Source: Octopus vulgaris (Eukaryota). Taken from it: DNA of 64,000 nucleotides. The notes under the pieces were generated by a model. That model did no database searches. It had not been told where the DNA came from and saw only the letters and a program-made list of their open reading frames with translations. Of the stretch, positions 1 to 13,081 are shown piece by piece (position 1 is the stretch's first letter; every line of letters begins with the position of its first letter). The stretch spans positions 34,162,001 through 34,226,000 of the forward strand of contig OX597827.1 in the NCBI GenBank assembly GCA_951406725.2. Reading direction: 5' to 3'. A program made the translations under genes and the position numbers.

Positions 1-118
1 CCAAATGAAGGGCAGATTTTCACTCCCAAGATCATCCCAATCCAAAACAGGTATAATATGTCTATGAGATACAGGGATCCCAGATGGACAGACAGGATTT
101 CACTTTTATTAATATAGA
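1..118 (-). mobile_element. Probable 5' end of a non-autonomous Helitron (cut by window edge)
   Basis: Minus strand begins A|TCTATATTAATAAAAG, similar to the 5' termini of the Helitron copies ending at 13081 and 39106. Confidence 0.4.
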
Positions 119-894
119 TAACAGTAATTTGAGAGAGATTTGGCTACTATTTCTAACAGGTTGAGCAACTATGTAGAAAATCCCTCGTAGATTTGTTACT
201 GATAGAAATTAAATCAGTTTTGTCATTTATACAGGCTGTAATTAAAAATGATGAAATCATATTGACACGGAGACATTATAATAAAATTACCATCACAGGA
301 GAAAATAGAAGACGTTAAAAAAAGCAATCTCAAAGTTACATCGTTTATTAAAAGAGATGAAAATGAAGATAAAAGTTGTGGGTATGGAACATCTGAAAAA
401 TATATAAGATATTTTCAAACATCCAATTTAATTAAATTTAGTAGTCTGCATGAAAATGAGAAAATGTAGGTATGTTAAATTATTTTATCTATTTAGTTTT
501 GATATTGTAATTAATGAACAATTGCATCATTAGTCACATGTTCCCTGATGAGTCAATCACTGGTTCACTGCAATTATGGTAGTGAGAGAGAAAAGGGAGT
601 GTATGTAATTCAGTGCAGAACAAATACCGCAAGAGACTTTACTCAAAGTGCACTGCTTTATTTTCTTGCTGATATTCATATGCATCATTGATAAACATCA
701 GTTAAGGTCACACATACACAGTTGTATAGTTTATAATTAATACTGCAATGCAAGAGAGAGCAATGTTGCTTCTATGAATTTTTAATGGATAACTACTTAG
801 ATCTTAAGCTAGTGCTCTCAAAATGTGGTTACTCAGCCTCCATTGATCAACTGACCATCCATCTGCATATAAAAAAAACAACATTATTATTAGG

Positions 895-1330
895 ATTAAG
901 GTGGTGAGCTGGCAGAATTGTTAGCACACTGAATAAAATGCTTAGCAGCATTTTGTTCATCTTTCATTCTGAGTTCAAATACAGCCAAGGTCAACTTTGC
1001 TTTTCATCCTTTTAGGGTTGATAAAATAAGTACCTGTTATGTACTATGGTCAATGTAATCAACTTCTCCTTCCCTTGAAAAATTGCTGGCCATGTGCCAA
1101 AATTTGAAACCTTTATTATTATTAGGATGATGTATTAATGTAATCATTTGGATGTCTGACAAAACACCTTGTGGTGCTTGTTTCTGCTCTTTACATTTTG
1201 AATTCAAATCCCATTAAGGTTAAACTTTCATGCCACCAGATCAATAAAGTGCCAGTTAAATACTTTATTTTCTCAATTTATTCACCTGATTCTCTCCCTA
1301 CATTTGAAACATTATTATTATTAAAGCGAC
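895..1330 (+). mobile_element. Tandem copies of tRNA-derived SINE family A
   Basis: GGTGAGCTGGCAGAA head, B-box-like GAGTTCAAAT, core CTTTGCYTTTCATCCTTT...GATAAAATAAGTACC and (ATT)n tails; many further copies in the window. Confidence 0.8.
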
Positions 1331-2591
1331 TGGTGTTAGAAAGTGTGTCCAGCAGTAGAAATGAAGGCAAATCAGACATTGGAAATTGATGCAGCCCTCT
1401 GGCTTATCAGTTCTTGTTGAACTAACCCATGGCAGCATTGAAAAGGGCTTTTAAATGATGATGATGATTTCTCTCCTTAAACTTCAGCTCTCCAGTTTTC
1501 CTTTTCATTCAATAAGATACTGAAGAAGTTCATTCAATTCCATCTCTCATCCCTTCTTGCACACACACACACACAAAAAAGATGATTTTCACACAAATAG
1601 GGTTGGACAGGACACATTTAAAGTATTCAGTTTGGTGCATTCAAGTCCCTTTCACATTGGGTTTCATGTCTGTACAGTTGATGCAAATGACCTATAATAG
1701 AAAGACTTTACTTTAAAACACATTGCATTCATTTACAAATTAAGATGCAACAGCAACCAAGATAATAATAATTTCATTATCAAGAAAAATCATTACTATC
1801 ATTAATGTGTGAGGAGGTGGCTGTTATTTCATTTATTAAATAACTGGTCAAAGATGATAATCAAAGAATATATTCCACCAAAAATCATGGTCAAAGTTTT
1901 AACTTTGGAAGAACAAAAAATGAAACCTTCCCATGACCTCATGTTTAAGATATTTCCTTAGCAACTATTTGGTTTCATGTTTGGTTGCAATGTGCAGAAC
2001 CTTCTACTACAGCCCAAAACCAAATAATGCCTTGTAAGGGAATTTGGTAAACTAAAACTGTAGAAACCCATCATTTTATATACATATGTGTGTGTGCTGT
2101 TGTCCGTTATAACTTAGTAGTTCAGTGAAAAGAAACCAACTGAATAAGTACTTGGGTCAATTTTATTGAGTAAATCTTTCAAGGTAGTACTCCAGCATAA
2201 CCATAATCCAATGAATGAAATAAAAGGATATATGTATATATCTTTCTCCAAGTGATATCAACCTCAATCCCACCTCCTAATATTGTTCTTGTTAACTCAA
2301 AATGACGCTGTATATTGCCAATTCAGCTTTGTATTGAGAGCAGAGGACTTAGATGTTGGCATAGTTATTTGCTAAATTTTGATAACATAACAGAAGCAAG
2401 ATGACCATATGGCCATGGTCTCAGATTTATTCTCACTGTACAACACCTCAAGCGTCTTCCAGTATAGCTCTAGACTTCTGAATGAATTTGATAGACAGAA
2501 CCTGCACAAAGCATATCATGTACATACAAATGTGAACACACACGCACACATATATATAGTAAATGAAAGACGGAAGATATGAGAATTTTTA

Positions 2592-2700
2592 TTCATCATT
2601 ATAATTGTTTCGACACATCTGGCATCAATCCCTAATGAGTGGGATGCTTAACCGATTCAGGAGTATCCAATGCTGCAGATGTGTCTCTTCAGGTGATAAA
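2592..2700 (-). ncRNA. Minimal type-I hammerhead ribozyme-like motif
   Basis: Minus strand reads TTTATCAC-CTGAAGA-GACACATCTG...CAGATGTGTC-GAAA-CAATTA-TA-ATGATGAA: both core boxes, a perfect 10-bp stem II and an imperfect stem I; stem III has one mismatch. Confidence 0.7.
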
Positions 2701-2763
2701 CAGATATAACTTGTTAAAATAACAGTTCCACAATGTATTTTCTCATTTTGTGTAAAGAAAAGT

Positions 2764-3050
2764 GGAGGCGCAATGGCCCAGTGGTTAGGGCAGCGGACAT
2801 GCAGTCGTAGGATCATGGTTTCAATTCCTAGACTGGGCGTTGTGTGTGTTTAATGAGTGAAAAGACCTTAAAGCTCCACGAGGTTTCGGCAGGGGGTGGT
2901 GGCAATCCCTGCTGTACTCTTTCGCCGCAACTTTCTCCTGTTGGCCTGCTCACTTAGCCAGCGGAGTGGCGTCATTTGAAGGCTAAATCAATGTGAAGCA
3001 CACTGTGACTAGCAATGTGTAGTAACATCTGATAGCCTGGTCAGTCACAT
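2764..3050 (+). mobile_element. tRNA-derived SINE family C
   Basis: tRNA-like head GGAGGCGCAATGGCCCAGTGGTTAGGGCAGCGG; a homologous copy lies in reverse orientation at 39150-39425. Confidence 0.8.
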
Positions 3051-3167
3051 TATCATATATATATAAATACACATATACACCACACAAATGTATACACTAA
3101 CATCAGACAGTGAGAATGAGTGGTCAATACCACATGGGTGAATATTCTTTATTTCTGGGTTAACAAA

Positions 3168-3243
3168 GCTACCATTGGTTTCATGCAGAGAATTCTCAGC
3201 AATTATCAAACCTGCCACATTGGGTGTTGGTACTCATCTGTAT
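3168..3243 (-). ncRNA. Degenerate hammerhead-like motif
   Basis: Minus strand: CAGATGA...GAAA-CCA-A-TGG-TA; core box 1 is mutated and stems I/II are weak. Confidence 0.4.
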
Positions 3244-4246
3244 CTTGGACAAAATATATATGTATGTGTGTGTGTATATATATATATATTTATTTTTTAA
3301 CAGCCAGATACCCTTCCTAATGCTAACGCTTACCTGTTTTCCAAGCAAGGGCTCTCTTATTCCACGCAGCTTCAAAGGCACAAAGCAGATGATTTATTGA
3401 TAGAAGTACCAACATCAGCATTTGAACATTATGATCTTTGAATAAGAATAAATGCACATCACAGACATGTGTATGTACACAAACACATATATGTATGTTT
3501 GTTTACATACAAAAGGCCTCTTACCAGTTTCTGTCAAATTAACTTAGAAGGCTTTGGTTGACCTGGAGAGCTAGTAGAAGTCACTTACCCAAGGTTTCTG
3601 TGCACGGGTACTAAACCTGAAATCATATGATTGGGCAGTTGACTTCTTAATACATACATATATGTGTATAACTGCTCACATTGTGCTTTGCATGAAAATG
3701 CACTGAACTATGGAAAATGATTTTGTTGACATTTTCCTCTCAACAAATTTTCTGCTAGCTCTACATATTGAAAGTTAAGTGGAATGAAAACTTCTTTACT
3801 TGAGAAACAGTTAAGTGTTAGCAATACAGACTTGTCTACCATGATAGCATGGAAATATGGATTAAAGCAAATGAATGAATTCCATGTGAGATAAACTGGA
3901 GCCAGAAAGTTAAATAAAATAATAATTTTTTACTGTGATGGTATTTGTTTCTTGTTTAGAGATTAAATACCTACAAATTTTTTTCTCTTGAGATTATTTT
4001 TTGTTGCTTAGCCAGAAAAGAAAAAAAAATAGTGATCATTCTCTTCTTTACTCCTTCTGAGACTAGGGGGTGGGGAAAGAAGAGAAGAAGTTATCCATAG
4101 ATTAGAGAACCAGCAAGAAAGTCAACTCCACCAAAGGCACACATGGATCAGCTAGTGGTGTTAAACTGGGTGAAAGATTTAGTTTACCACAGTTTACATA
4201 GACAGGAACCTAAACAAACCAATAAATATGCATAGTCTTCATGGTA

Positions 4247-5311
4247 TTATTTAGTGACATAAATGTGTGGTGAGGGAATACTGAGAGGTGCTGCACTTGT
4301 ATACATTTGTAGGGCAGGGAAAATCGCTGGAGTCATTTGAACAGTTGTTGGGAATACTGGCAATACAGATGCCACTTGACCAGAATTAGCCAGAATAACA
4401 GGCATTTTGGTGTTCTCTTCTGATACAAGGATTTCACTTAATTGGGTTGGCAATGAGTTTTGATTGATTGAAAGATTTGTTGACTGGTTCTCAACTATTT
4501 CTTGTTGTGGTAGCTCACATTGGTTGTTGTTGGCTTGGTGAGCATTAGTGCTTTCTTGTTTACAATTTGATGTTGAAGAGTCCAGAAAGACATATGCTGT
4601 CTCTTTGTGCGTTTTATCAGATGGATCACTGTCATTGCTACTATTCCTTTGGGGTTGTTGATGGCACTGAGGCAGTGATGGTATTGCAGGGTTTAAATTT
4701 ACTATTAACTGGTCGCTTACACTCATTTCAATGTTATCTGACTCAGTTAATTCTTTAGTTTGAGCAGTAAAAGTAGGTGGGACACAACTGAGCTTTCTTT
4801 TACCCTTGCTCAACTGATTGTGCTTTACTAATCTGTCACGCCTACTGAATGCGAAACCACATATCTGGCATTTGAATGGACGTTCACCTGTATGTATCCT
4901 GCGATGTACTTTGAGATGGTCGCTACGAGACAGTGCTTTGCCACAGATATCACATTTGAATCTCTTCTCACTCAAATGTGATCCCATGTGCCGCATGAGG
5001 TGATGGTTCCTAGAAAACGTGCAGCCACAAGTCTCACACCTATATGGTCGGACACCAGTGTGAATTGTTTTGTGTAGTTTCAAGTGATCTCTTCGTGACA
5101 GCATTTTGCCACAAATGTCACATGTGAATGAATGAGGATTGCTATGAGACAATCCAACAGATGATGATGATGAGGAGGATATTGATGATGATGCAATGGC
5201 AACCTGTGGAGTGACCAATATTCCATTGCGAAAGTCATTTTCAGACACTCTATCTGTATTTATGTTTGATTTGTCAATACATAACATGTCTGCATGAAGT
5301 TCATCTTTCAT
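4247..5311 (-). CDS. C2H2 zinc-finger protein, 354 aa (3 canonical fingers plus 1 atypical), Gln/Pro/Ser-rich C-terminus
   Basis: Intact ORF with CxxC-x12-HxxxH repeats and TGVRPY/TGERPF linkers; the CDS lies in one exon; candidate acceptor TTTCATTTCAG on the minus strand ends at 5608. Confidence 0.93.
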   Translation of the reverse strand: MKDELHADMLCIDKSNINTDRVSENDFRNGILVTPQVAIASSSISSSSSSSVGLSHSNPHSFTCDICGKMLSRRDHLKLHKTIHTGVRPYRCETCGCTFSRNHHLMRHMGSHLSEKRFKCDICGKALSRSDHLKVHRRIHTGERPFKCQICGFAFSRRDRLVKHNQLSKGKRKLSCVPPTFTAQTKELTESDNIEMSVSDQLIVNLNPAIPSLPQCHQQPQRNSSNDSDPSDKTHKETAYVFLDSSTSNCKQESTNAHQANNNQCELPQQEIVENQSTNLSINQNSLPTQLSEILVSEENTKMPVILANSGQVASVLPVFPTTVQMTPAIFPALQMYTSAAPLSIPSPHIYVTK

Positions 5312-6231
5312 CGCTGAGTTATTGGAAGAAATGTCACCAGAAAGTGAAAGATAGATATGATGAGAAGTCTTTTGAGAGTTGTCAGGTAAATTAGTATGAT
5401 ACTGGGTTTGATTTCAAATGTATTGATGCTATTGGTGGTTGTATTAGTGCTATCGTTGTGAATATGGATGTTGCAACAGAGTCAGGGTTTGTTATAGTAC
5501 AAAAACGTCTTGGTTCATGATGTCTTTTCATTGAGGTAACTTTGTCTTTGAGATGGATGAACTTGTCAGACAGCAAAGAGGATTATACATCTTGTGCTTG
5601 CTTAAGACTGAAATGAAACATAAAAGCTCAATTAAATCAATTAAATACGAAAACATTGTCATGCAGCTATCTAGAAATAAGATTTTATTAAAGATTATAA
5701 GCACAGTTCACAAATATTGGCATAAAGTTTTGTACATCTACCAGCCAGTAAGGAAGCCTTTTAATAGTCACTCAACATAATAGTAACAGTAAACAAATTT
5801 CCTTCAAATTACACTGTCACCTTAAAAAGAAATTCCAGATTGTTTTGACTGGAACATTTGTGATTATAGGGCAGTTGCATCAAGGCTGACCAAGGACTAA
5901 AAAACATTAGCACCTACATAGGTAACACAATGGCATGTAGCATTATAACTCGTGTAGACAGCCACACTTGCATCATTACCTACCACAACATATAGCTCAT
6001 ATGTTAACACCCACAACTGAAGTAACACTTCAAACAGCTCATAGTAATGTTGTCACCTCATATGCAATTTGCTGTAGCTAATCTCTCTGAAGGAAATCAC
6101 TAGGCACAGATTGTATATCTGATCATTTTCTATCCCAGTTTTCACAAAAGGGAATAAGTCACTTGTATTACATTACCATCTGATATTCCTTACCTCTCAT
6201 ATCATTAAATTATTTGAGATGACCTTTTTCC

Positions 6232-6615
6232 TTAAGTCCTTTGCTCCTTATAGGCCATCAACAACTTTTCTCCACTGTTCTTGACTTTGGGATGTTTTTG
6301 CTGCTCCTCTCCAGTTTGATTCTCACTTTTCCTTTTTGGACTTTGCTGGATCACACCATGCTGAGAAGGTCTTCTCTCATATTTTGCTGATTCTGAATTG
6401 TCATCAATGCTTCTGTATTTTTAATTTTTTTTCTAGGTAGGGATGTTGACCTGATGCAAACTCATTTTTACTTCTGGGAAGAGTTGGTCCATATTAATCT
6501 GGCCTCAATTCTTTAACCTGTACAGCATTGGAGGCTATACCAGGAGCTTGTGCTCTGCTGGACATAGCTCTCAGGGCCACTGAGACACACAAGCCATCAC
6601 AAAGCAACAAGGACT
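6232..6615 (-). mobile_element. Degraded RTE-derived short element
   Basis: Minus-strand start CCTTGTTGC...GGCTTGTGTGTCTCAGTGGCCCTGAGAGCTATG resembles RTE 5' ends from memory; not searched. Confidence 0.4.
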
Positions 6616-6689
6616 GGACCTTCTTTATCGGGGATTTGAGGTGTTAGTAAGATAAACAATAACTGAGTTTCTAGAGGTCAATAAACTTC

Positions 6690-6895
6690 TAAATCCCAAC
6701 CAGCATTGTTTTCACAAGGGCAGAGGCTTTCATACATATCTGCAGCACTTTGATAACATTTTTAAATGCTTAGGAAGAGGGTTCCAAATCATTGCTTCAG
6801 TAACACCTTCAACAGACAAAGGTGACCACAACATTCTATGCGAAAGCTATCTAACATCAGAGTTAAGAGAAAGCTACTGCAGTGGATTAACCAAA
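6690..6895 (+). mobile_element. Old degraded CR1-like RT fragment
   Basis: Frameshifted translation PNQH.F.KGR...QHFDNI...DHNIL..KLSNI.V..KLLQWI matches [11 protein letters not shown]...HHFDDI...[22 protein letters not shown] in the 34190 ORF. Confidence 0.7.
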
Positions 6896-7507
6896 CATGT
6901 GATCAACTGAATTAGGTATTTAAAAGGAAAAATGTGACAAGTCAGTCAGTCACCGGCTGACAATACATCGAAGAGGCCAGGGAACAGAAGAAAGAAGACA
7001 TGCACCCAACACCAGAGCTGAAGACACCTCTGAAAGTGGGGCCCCGCCACGTCAAAACGGTAGAGGAGTAGGGGCCGAAACCGGACGTGGTTCCTCCTGA
7101 TGATGTCTTGAGCTAACTGGATCCTATAAAGGAGCTGTTGTGGTAGCAGACGACGAAACACAGTTGTAATTCCTCAGAGGTATCCCCTAAGGCCAATGGT
7201 TCTCAAAATGCCAAATACCAGTCTTTCCACTAAATATTAGTGAAAAATTTTGCCACTACCACTTTATTAACGAGAAGATCAAATAGTTTGCATCCTGATA
7301 TTCTTCTTTATAATAGTGTTGGACAAGTTTAAAACAATCTCAATTTTAATCTTTTTACTCCCTTTTCAGCTAGGCCCACATGTCTTCATTATATACATGA
7401 GATCATAAATTCATCAGACACAGTAAAATAAAATTTTTTACAGAAGTCTAAGCCCCAGAAAATCATCAATGGATTAAATGACTCAACAGAACTCCCATCT
7501 GACTTAG

Positions 7508-7689
7508 ATGATATTATTTAATTGATGGAGGGAGTGGAATCTCCAGCATGTTACTATAGAAAGAAAAATGATATTATTTAATTGATGGAGGGAGTGGAAT
7601 CTCCAGCATGTTACTATAGAAAGAAAAATGATATTATTTAATTGATGGAGGGAGTGGAATCTCCAGCATGTTACTATAGAAAGAAAAAT
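7508..7689. repeat. Perfect 60-bp tandem repeat, 3 copies
   Basis: ATGATATTATTTAATTGATGGAGGGAGTGGAATCTCCAGCATGTTACTATAGAAAGAAAA repeated three times with no mismatch. Confidence 0.95.
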
Positions 7690-8530
7690 TTGAGTTCATC
7701 TCCTTTGGAAAAGTGGATTTACTTAAACAACATTATCTTCTCTTGAGAGAGCCTCATATGGTAACAAATAATATCAGTCTTAAGTGTATTGCCAACAATA
7801 ACAACGAAGTCAATAAGATTTGCTGATGTTACTCTTGGATCCTTTGTAGGGTGATAAGAGGAGAGTTGTGCAAGGAGGTAATCTAAGACTTATAAAGGTT
7901 GAATGAGGACAGAATTTTCGCTTTAAGGATCCTGATATACTTTTTCTCACTATATTTCCCTGATATCACCATGAATACCGTTACCAACTGCGAGCAAAAC
8001 ATGAGAATTGAAGCACTCGAGAGACCAATTATCAAAAGATATGTATATATTAAGGCATTTATATGAATACATATTTAAATATAAAGTATATTCAATTAAT
8101 GGTATGTGGTTTTAAAATACCTGAAAATAATAAACATTGAATAAATGTGTAGAATCTGATATACAACATATTTTGTTCAAACTGATTTCGATGTTTTGCC
8201 AATCGTGGTTCATCCAAATAATTTGAACAAGCGGCAGTTGGATAAAATCATAATGCATACATACTTGTGCGTGTATGTATATGTATTTATGTATATACAT
8301 ACACACGCCTCAGTTCTCAACCGCGGCTCTCAGGGCCGCATGCGACCCTAGAAATTGTATAAAAAATTTAAATATTTTGTGTTTTGTAGAAGTATAGCCA
8401 ATTCATTCCAAATAGAATTTAACAATATAATTTTATATGGACCTCACCCAAGGAGTGGGGAGGTTCACTGAGTTAAAAGATACATAGACAAACAGTGATA
8501 ATTAATAGATTGATTTGAAAATATGTTTAC

Positions 8531-8742
8531 CTCTAAGTTAATCAACCGACGTGTTGAAACAAGCTTTACATGCCTATCGCATCTAAAAAGAAGGTTTCCT
8601 GCAAAATCGTCCATGCTTTGTAATTCCATACACAATTCACTGACTAATGGATACTAGTCATATTATATATAAATATATATATAGTTTTTTTTTTCTATTA
8701 ACAGCAGTCGCTTGAAAGTTGCTACAACAGCTCAATGAAAAT
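8531..8742 (-). other. Candidate non-coding 5'UTR exon of the minus-strand ZNF gene
   Basis: Minus-strand acceptor TCTTTTACCTTTCAG ends at 8743 and donor AG|GTAAAC starts at 8530, in non-repetitive sequence. Motif-based only. Confidence 0.35.
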
Positions 8743-9391
8743 CTGAAAGGTAAAAGATATATTAAATCAGGGAATACAATATAGCATGCAAAAATCAGTT
8801 TGTTTGTTTGTTGCATTGACACATACCAAAGACATGTACTATAATTAGGTACTAGTACCCTATAGGTAATCTGGGAGAGGACGAGAAACAAGGAAGGCGC
8901 GGCATTCATGCCTTGTCCAAAGAGCAATTAGAGAATCAAAACAAAACAAGAATGAAAAGAGGGCGGGGAAACAAAGTATGATGCGTATGTATGTATGTAC
9001 GTGCACGCTTATGTTTGTATGTATGCATGAATGTGTATGTGTGTATGTATACGAGTATGAGTGTGCGCGCTCGAGTGTATATGTGCACGTGTGTGTGTGT
9101 GCGTGTATGTGTTTACGCTCGTGTGTGAGTGTGTGTGTGTGTCTATAACCACTACGGAAAAAAATAAAGTTAAAGTATTTTTTTTAAATGTTATGATAAA
9201 GAAATAATCAACTGAAATCAAAGATTACTTTTAGGTGGTCTCACGACTTTTCATGTGTTGGCGCTTTTTAGTTAGGTGAAAACATTCGTATTATACATCA
9301 ACGCGTACTAATAATGGTGAGACTTGTAAACATAAAAATCGCATGAAAAACAACTCCAACAAATACAGAAAAAAACACGTCTAAGGGAGAT

Positions 9392-9401
9392 AAGATGGCG
9401 G
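9392..9401. promoter_or_regulatory. YY1-type motif AAGATGGCGG, candidate promoter/first-exon region of the minus-strand ZNF gene
   Basis: Exact match to the YY1 consensus in a non-repetitive, CpG-retaining patch; possible minus-strand donor GTAATC at 9228. Confidence 0.4.
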
Positions 9402-9737
9402 ATTTTTTGTCTAGAACAGTAAATCTAATTCATTAATTAAAAAAAATTAATAGAGTAATGCTGCCGTTCGATTTTATTAAAACAGTTAACGATGAAGACA
9501 AATTAAAATTCGGGTGATGAAAGTTAAAATATTCCAATAATTTTTTTTTTATGACAACTGCAGAGGCAGTCGGGTTGTTGTTGTGGAGGTTGTTTAGCCC
9601 CTGGTCAGGCGTTGTGACCATTCCGACTTTTCTTTTCTCAGTTAAGTATCATCCACTGTATCCATCGTTTTTATTAAGATTACAAGACTCCGTCTTGGAT
9701 GATATTCAAATGTTGAATGAGTACAGAGCACAAGGAA

Positions 9738-9953
9738 ACTATCCTTTCTACTACAGGCACACGGTTAGGAATTTGGAGGGAGAGGGTTAGTCGATTATAT
9801 CGACCCCAGTGCATAATTAATATTTATTTCATGGACTTCGACAGGATGAAAGGTAAAGTCGGCCTCGGCGGAATTTGAGCTCAGAACACGTAGACAGACG
9901 AAATGCTGCGAAGCATTTTTCACGACATGCTAACAATTCTGCCAGTTCGCCGT
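9738..9953 (-). mobile_element. SINE family A copy
   Basis: Reverse complement of the GGCGAACTGGCAGAA...GAGCTCAAATTCCGCCGAGG...CCTTTCATCC...CACTGGGGTCGAT consensus. Confidence 0.85.
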
Positions 9954-10100
9954 CTTCAAGCACCAGGAAAACTATGACGAAGGGGATAATTAATGAGTGA
10001 AACAAAAATAGACCATATTCATATCTCAGTCATTGATTTTAATGTACCTCCACGTACAAAGATAAAGGCGAAACCAAAATCTTCTGGCTTTTGCAAAATG

Positions 10101-10508
10101 TGATCTTTTCGGTTTGAACGGCAGTTTTTTTAAATAATTTCCACGTAACTAAACACATTTAAACTTCGTATACTGGTAGAATGTGTTTATAAAACATCTT
10201 TTTCTCTTGGCTTTATTGAGAAAATTCTATAGTTTGTAAGATATTTATTGTTGTTTTTCTGCAATTTCAACCAATCAATGACGTCTATTGAGGTGAAAAG
10301 CATTCTGTGCCGTATGAATATGTCCCTCGTTTAAGAAACAGATTGGGTTTATTTACATTTCTGAAGAAAAAAAGATACCCTTCCCCCCACTCCAACCCTA
10401 ACCCAAAAACAGATTGAAATGCAATAGATCGATACTAGGGTCATGATTATGGGTGACAATTTCATATGACACCCCTAGAAAAAACTGCCGTTCAAACCGA
10501 AAAGATCC
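10101..10508. mobile_element. MITE with ~29-bp TIRs and 8-bp TSD (Merlin-like termini)
   Basis: GATCTTTTCGGTTTGAACGGCAGTTTTTT ... AAAAAACTGCCGTTCAAACCGAAAAGATCC; GCAAAATG duplicated at 10093-10100 and 10509-10516; interior homologous to 32244-32961. Confidence 0.88.
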
Positions 10509-10843
10509 GCAAAATGTATTGTGTCAAAAGCTGACGACAAACGATTGCAAAGTAACACTTTAGTTATCAAAATGTAAAGCAATGATGCTATCAAGGTAAG
10601 GTTGCCAGATTAGAAAATTAGAAATACGGGACACTCTTAAAATCTCTCTATATATAAATTTATACATGTCTACGCACTTTGACAATATATTATATAAAAG
10701 TAGAGACATAAGTTAAAAATATAAAGCAATTATTTTAATGGGTTATAAGAAAAACAAAAGTAAAATCATTTCAAAATTATTTAATACAAGCTAAAAAAAA
10801 ATAAATTCTGTTAAAGTGAAATAATTTGAAAATATTTCTTTAA

Positions 10844-11064
10844 CCCTTTAGTGTTCAGATTACTCTGTTAAATGTAATATTTTTTTATTTAAATTGTTTT
10901 GAATTAATCATGCATTACCTTATAGCTTTGAGGTTTCAATGATATGATTGTTTATTTTTAGACTGTCAATGTAGGTTAGGTGTGAGAGGCTAGATATGGC
11001 CAGTTTGAATATAAAATATGTAGAATATATTGGGCCGGATTTGGCCAGTTTAAACACTAAAGGG
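10844..11064. mobile_element. piggyBac-type MITE
   Basis: TTAA|CCCTTTAGTGTT ... AACACTAAAGGG|TTAA: TTAA TSD and CCC/GGG termini. Confidence 0.88.
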
Positions 11065-12069
11065 TTAATACAGAAACAGAGAAATAAAAAAATCTGTTAT
11101 ATCGAAATAATTGTAATTTTTTTTATTTAATGGCAAGTAGAGACAATGTAGAAAAAATCTTTTAGCGTTAAAACATTTGAATATTATTTTTTAAGATAGG
11201 CAATAACTAAAAGAAATACTGAGAAAGTGAAATGGATTCCACATTTCTGTCTTACCAGCAACTCGCTACGGTATTCTACGCCTGGTGCCTGTCTGAAAAT
11301 AATTTTTGTAGTTTGAATTCCTCCTATTTTCTACTGTCATCGTGGAACATGACAAGATGTTCAGAACCTTTTACTTCAACCCCAGATAACTTTATTGAAC
11401 ATTGTGTACTCAGAGTATGAATTTGTTTGTTACGCATCTGAATAAAACTTTGGACACGAAGTTGTTCACGCATGGACACGAGTGTTGTCACTGCACCATA
11501 GGCATTTCACAGCCGTTGGATTAATGATTTAGTCCAGTCATTAAAGTGTTGATATCTTCATTAGTGACCTCCCTCGCTAAAAGGTGAAGAAGTCATCATC
11601 CCTTGTTCTACACTTTTGAGCATAAACATAGATAGTAGTGCTGGTGTGGTTAAACTTGCTTCTACTATATGTAACATATTTTCACAGAGGCGTAGTGTGT
11701 TGTCAAGGTGAGCAACAAAGGAAGAGATAATAGTTGCAAAGTCTAAGGACAAAGCATTCTGGAGTATAACTATAGTCGCAAACTATAGTCAATAAACTTA
11801 CAGCAATTCGAAAGAAGGTTCTTTGGATCATTGCACTCAATAGAGCTGGTGTTATCGATAAATTTGCTATCAACTGCTTAAAACCCTCGCTAAAGCCCAC
11901 ATAAACGACAATCCACCAGAACACAAAGCAGTACTACCGCTGCAATGTCTGAACAAACTCAAGTCTACGTACTCTGGAAAGGAGCTTTTTGGATTAGAAC
12001 AAAATTCCAGAAATTGTTACACTAAAAGTGATCTCTAGGTGTGGGCTAACAGAAGTAGGAAAATCTAAT

Positions 12070-12260
12070 AATGATTTCATATTCTGGCATAAGGCCAGCA
12101 ATTTTAGAGAGGGAATGATCGATGACATCGATTCCAATACTCAACTGGTACCTATTTTTTATCGACTCCGAAAGGATTAAAGGTAAAGTTGACCTCAACG
12201 GAATTTGGACTCAGAACTTAAAGAGTTGGAATTAACATCACGAAGCATTTTGTCCTTCGG
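12070..12260 (-). mobile_element. SINE family A copy
   Basis: Reverse complement of the family A core and 3' end. Confidence 0.7.
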
Positions 12261-12360
12261 AAAACTTAATAATAGCGATGCTAACGTGGTTTTATGAATA
12301 TATATAACTGGAAAAAAACACCTCTTCAGTTTCAGTACGACTCAAAAGGCGGTATATGAC

Positions 12361-12535
<175 letters not shown>

Positions 12536-12689
12536 TCGAAACTGCAAAGATGATCTGGAACTCGAATGAGGACAGGTAGCTCCGAATGACCCGTTCTTGT
12601 TTTTTCCTGTCCTTTTTCGTATAGTCTACCTGTCCGAATGTTTTGTCGCATGTTACGTTCTTGTTCCATGTTTTTTTTATATATTCATA

Positions 12690-13081
12690 CTAGCAGTATC
12701 ACCCGGCGTTGCTCGGGTTTGTAAGGGAAATAACTATAAAGCATTTTTAGAGAGTTATAGCCAAAAAATAGCAAAAAAATATATTAAAAATGGAAAAAAA
12801 TGATGGCAAATTTTTTTAATAATCGTTGACTCACCGTAGACATTTTTAGAGAGTTACTTCCTTTATATTTAAAAAATATGCATTAAAATGGAAAAAATGA
12901 TGGTAAATTATTTTTAAAATCGTAGACTCCTCGTAGACGCGCGCTAATACCCAGAAGGGCTCGATATGAATCACGACTATAAGATACCCGGTTTTGGTTA
13001 AACTGCACCGCAAAATGTGGGAGTAGTTAGGAATCTAAATCGGAGTAGACAGACACACAACCTTACTTTTATATATAAAGA
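12690..13081 (-). mobile_element. Non-autonomous Helitron
   Basis: Minus strand: A|TCTTTATATATAAAAG...CCCGAGCAACGCCGGG hairpin...CTAG|T. TC start, subterminal GC hairpin, CTAG end, A|T insertion site and no TSD. Confidence 0.85.

Noticed and set aside
542-600. CTGATGA...GAAA near 545, and similar partial matches at ~12560-12640, ~20930 and ~46710
   Set aside because: Stems or the second core box are too degraded to call hammerheads, although they may be fossils.
7508-7689. CRISPR or coding-repeat interpretation of the 60-bp repeat
   Set aside because: There are no spacers, and the one open minus-strand frame is closed by a stop just upstream.
6900-8030. GC-richer segment containing the 6946-7161 ORF
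   Set aside because: No domain recognised; probably an unclassified TE remnant.
11224-12050. Possible decayed transposase or gene fragment
   Set aside because: No recognisable peptide motif in the frames I could read.
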